Shown one piece after another: positions 61,396-64,000 of a stretch of DNA of 64,000 bases. The notes under the pieces were generated by a model, which had not been told where the DNA came from, did no database searches, and saw only the letters and a program-made list of their open reading frames with translations. The position numbers and the translations under genes are program-made. Each line of letters begins with the position of its first letter. Within the stretch, counting starts at the first letter, position 1. Source of the stretch: Nitrosopumilus sp. (GTDB lineage Archaea > Thermoproteota > Nitrososphaeria > Nitrososphaerales > Nitrosopumilaceae); assembly GCA_965205675.1 (NCBI GenBank), contig OZ242186.1, positions 128,001 to 192,000 on the forward strand, read 5' to 3'.

Positions 61396-62160
61396 TTGGC
61401 AAAAAGATCAATCCCCAAAGGAGTAATAAAAGACATTGTAATTGTCGGAGTAGGAGTTTTAGTTATTTGGATTGGCCTGCAAGTAGCATTTGGAACACAA
61501 AATCCATTTTATGTTGTTGCAAGTGGAAGTATGATTCCAGCTTTAGAAGTGTATGATGTTTTGATAGTTTCAGGTCATGTGCCTTTTGAAGATATAGAAG
61601 TAGGCGATATTATCGTGTTTAATCGTCCATCAGATCATAATAGGGTAATAGTACATAGAGTTGCCTCAATACTTGAAGATGAACCTAGAGAACTTAGAAC
61701 AAAAGGAGATGCAAACCCAGCATCAATTCCTGGAACTGACTTTCCAATTACAGAAAAAGAATACATTGGTGAAGTAGCATATACTCTTCCTCAAGTAGGA
61801 TATATCACACAGTTACTAAGACCTCCAATTAACTATATCATAATTGTAATCGTTGTTGGGGTAATGATTGCAAAACAGATGATAAAAAAGAAAAATGAAA
61901 AGGAAGAGTCAGTTATAAACACATCAGATTCAGTTAATCCTGATACTTTAGAGGAACTATCAGATATTGATAAAATTGAGAAAGATTCTGAATATTCAGA
62001 ACATGTTGAAAAATCAACTGGGGATGAATTAAAAGATTCAGAATCTAGAGATATTGCAGAATCATCAGATATTGAAGAAAAAATGGAAGGAATAGAGGAA
62101 TCAATAGAAGATAAGCCAACAAAACCTAAAGATTCAGAAGAAGAAAACAATAATTTTTAA
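61396..62160 (+). CDS. Signal peptidase I (archaeal Sec11 type) with an acidic tail
   Basis: VASGSM.P, GDIIVF, IVHRV, TKGDAN. Confidence 0.95.
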   Translation: MAKRSIPKGVIKDIVIVGVGVLVIWIGLQVAFGTQNPFYVVASGSMIPALEVYDVLIVSGHVPFEDIEVGDIIVFNRPSDHNRVIVHRVASILEDEPRELRTKGDANPASIPGTDFPITEKEYIGEVAYTLPQVGYITQLLRPPINYIIIVIVVGVMIAKQMIKKKNEKEESVINTSDSVNPDTLEELSDIDKIEKDSEYSEHVEKSTGDELKDSESRDIAESSDIEEKMEGIEESIEDKPTKPKDSEEENNNF

Positions 62161-62304
62161 GAATATTCAAGCAAACAGGTTCACATACGCTTATGGCAAG
62201 AGAATGATAGATCGTCCTGTTGACTTGGTAATCTAAATACGTCAAGTTCTCTAAAAAAGGATCCTAAGGAATCAGAAGTTTCAAAAGAGGCATTGTTTAT
62301 CTAA
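62160..62304 (+). pseudogene. Possible HicA toxin remnant
   Basis: IFKQTGSHTLMARE** then, in shifted frames, LKR/IL/ESEVSKEALF; fits QxGSH...L..IL....(I/V)S.E.F. Confidence 0.4.
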
Positions 62305-62337
62305 TACAAAATATGTGAAATTAAAAAATACTTTTTC

Positions 62338-63864
62338 TTAAAGAACTGAATTTTTTGTTTTGAAAACTCGTTTAAAGTAGTCAGAGGGTTCTTGTGGCTC
62401 TTCAATGTCATTTTTGATACCAGCTAGATGCTTTGCCAAATTCTTTTTGTAACCCACTTGCATTTGCCTCTGAATTTGGATTCTTTGTGCTTGTGGTGAA
62501 CCTGCCCCATGCATTGATTCAGTAAGATAGCCAACGGCATTTCTTCCCAAAGTCATGTTTTCAATTAATCTTAAAATCCTCATTCTATTTTCTACATCTG
62601 TTCCTTTTCTACCAGCAAGATATTTTTTCAGTAATGGTCCTGCTTCTGGATGTCTAAAGTCTTTCTCAGAGGGTAATGTAACTACTAGCCCACCTGCAAT
62701 GTCTTGTGCCAATCTACTAATCTCATATGGGAATCTTGTAACATTATGTTTGCAAACTTGTGCAAGCATATCATCATTTAAAAATACACCGGACTTCATC
62801 TTTTGCCCTTGATATGAAGATGCAATACCTGCTGCAAAAATTGTTTCATTAAGATGAGTCATCTCAATAATTTTATCTTTTATGTGAGATACCTTAGGAA
62901 CCCCGTTGTAATCGGCAATTGTAGCTGCTGCACCAATTAAGACGTCACCAAGACCGGTTTTGCATACATAACTACGTCTATGATAACACGTGAATCGTTC
63001 CACAAGCATTGATGCAAATTCATATTCGCCGTGCATGAAGACCTTGTCCCATGGGATAAACACTTTATCTAAAATTATCAAGGCTTCTTGGCCACCAAAC
63101 TTTGCATTGCCATCATCAATATCACCTTCTTCCATACTTCTTGTGTCACAAGATTGTCTGCCGTAAATGTAAGTAACACCTTTTGCATCTGCAGGTATTG
63201 CCCCAACTATTGCCCAATCTTTATCAGATTCCGTTAGTCTAATAGTTGGCATCAGAATTATCCAATGTGAATTAATACAGCCAGTTTGATGTGCTTTGGC
63301 ACCTGAGACATATACTCCTTTATCATCAGTATCAACAATTCTAGTGAATAAATCAGGATCATCTTGCTCGGCAGGACCTTTGCTTCTATCTCCTTTAGGA
63401 TCAGTCATTGCACCACCAATTACAAGATTTTCTTGTTGTATCATTTTTACAAATTCTAAGAATCGTTTATGATAATCTGTCCCATGTTTCTCATCTATCT
63501 CAAATGTAGTAGAGTGTAAAGAGTTCAGGGCATCCATTCCAACACATCTTTGGAAACATGTTCCAGTGTTTTGTCCAAGTTTTCTCTGCATTTTATTTTG
63601 TAAAACTAAATCTTCTGCACTTTCTGCAATGTGTAAAAACCTATTTACTTTTAATCCAGTAATTGATGAATCAACAGATGCTAATGCTTCTTCACGTACT
63701 GCAAGATCATAAGTTTCTGCAACTGCATTAATTGATGGTCTGATCATAGGATGATCTACTGGTTCTTTAACTAGTTCTCCAAAGAGGTAAATTTTGAGAT
63801 CACGGCCTCTAAGACTTTTAATGTAATCATCTCCAGTTCTAATTGTCTTTAAGACATTAGCCAT
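62338..63864 (-). CDS. hcd: 4-hydroxybutyryl-CoA dehydratase (HP/HB carbon fixation cycle)
   Basis: TCFQRCVGMDA, MTDPKGDRS, GAKAHQTG, YHRRSYVCK, ESMHGAGSPQAQ. Confidence 0.97.
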   Translation of the reverse strand: MANVLKTIRTGDDYIKSLRGRDLKIYLFGELVKEPVDHPMIRPSINAVAETYDLAVREEALASVDSSITGLKVNRFLHIAESAEDLVLQNKMQRKLGQNTGTCFQRCVGMDALNSLHSTTFEIDEKHGTDYHKRFLEFVKMIQQENLVIGGAMTDPKGDRSKGPAEQDDPDLFTRIVDTDDKGVYVSGAKAHQTGCINSHWIILMPTIRLTESDKDWAIVGAIPADAKGVTYIYGRQSCDTRSMEEGDIDDGNAKFGGQEALIILDKVFIPWDKVFMHGEYEFASMLVERFTCYHRRSYVCKTGLGDVLIGAAATIADYNGVPKVSHIKDKIIEMTHLNETIFAAGIASSYQGQKMKSGVFLNDDMLAQVCKHNVTRFPYEISRLAQDIAGGLVVTLPSEKDFRHPEAGPLLKKYLAGRKGTDVENRMRILRLIENMTLGRNAVGYLTESMHGAGSPQAQRIQIQRQMQVGYKKNLAKHLAGIKNDIEEPQEPSDYFKRVFKTKNSVL

Positions 63865-63937
63865 GTAACATTATTGGTTTAGATGTTGTATAAATATTCT
63901 AGATTAGTGAAAGCTAAATTTTAGGAATAAATAGCGA

Positions 63938-64000
63938 TCAGAGTCCAATTCTAACATCAAGAATTCTGCAACCCTTACCTTTTTCCATAACTAGTACTGG
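63938..64000 (-). CDS. C-terminal end of an ADP-forming acyl-CoA synthetase (probably 4-hydroxybutyrate-CoA ligase)
   Basis: PVLVMEKGKGCRILDVRIGL* fits the end of an ATP-grasp domain (NPV....G...(L/V)D.RI); adjacent to hcd. Confidence 0.75.
   Translation of the reverse strand, partial: PVLVMEKGKGCRILDVRIGL

Noticed and set aside
1536-62812. Numerous short ORFs antisense to or nested in well-supported genes (e.g. 1536, 19683, 26907, 36434, 60923, 62555)
   Set aside because: Shadow ORFs of conserved genes with no independent motifs or expression signals.

Overview
AT-rich chromosomal window from an ammonia-oxidising archaeon of the Nitrosopumilus/Nitrosopumilaceae type. This is inferred from the Amt with an AOA-type N-terminal extension, the split A1Ao ATP synthase cluster, PEFG-CTERM and W-I-K-N-N-A-x-W-W surface proteins, and 4-hydroxybutyryl-CoA dehydratase. 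1-31 kb is core metabolism: CoA synthesis (coaBC, panB, PPS, PoK), tmk, pyrH, atpC/I/E/A/B/D/K, amt and pyrBI. 31.5-49.5 kb is a metal (Zn/Cu) acquisition island: a NikR-like regulator with a ZnuABC-type transporter, a CopC-CopD-propeller fusion, a cupredoxin, several secreted proteins whose mature chain starts with His, a Met-repeat DM13 protein, and two membrane-protein/wHTH pairs. 49.5-52.1 kb is a decayed accessory patch holding an intact IS110-family (IS1111-like) element. Its 3' non-coding end folds into two internal loops whose four strands match the reconstructed empty target site and the circle junction, which makes it a readable archaeal bridge/seek RNA and the best find in the window. 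52-64 kb is core again (purU, Lsm, rpl37e, rpiA, tRNA-Ala(CGC) followed by IS debris, trxA, signal peptidase, 4-hydroxybutyryl-CoA dehydratase). All calls are by eye, with no database searches or folding software.
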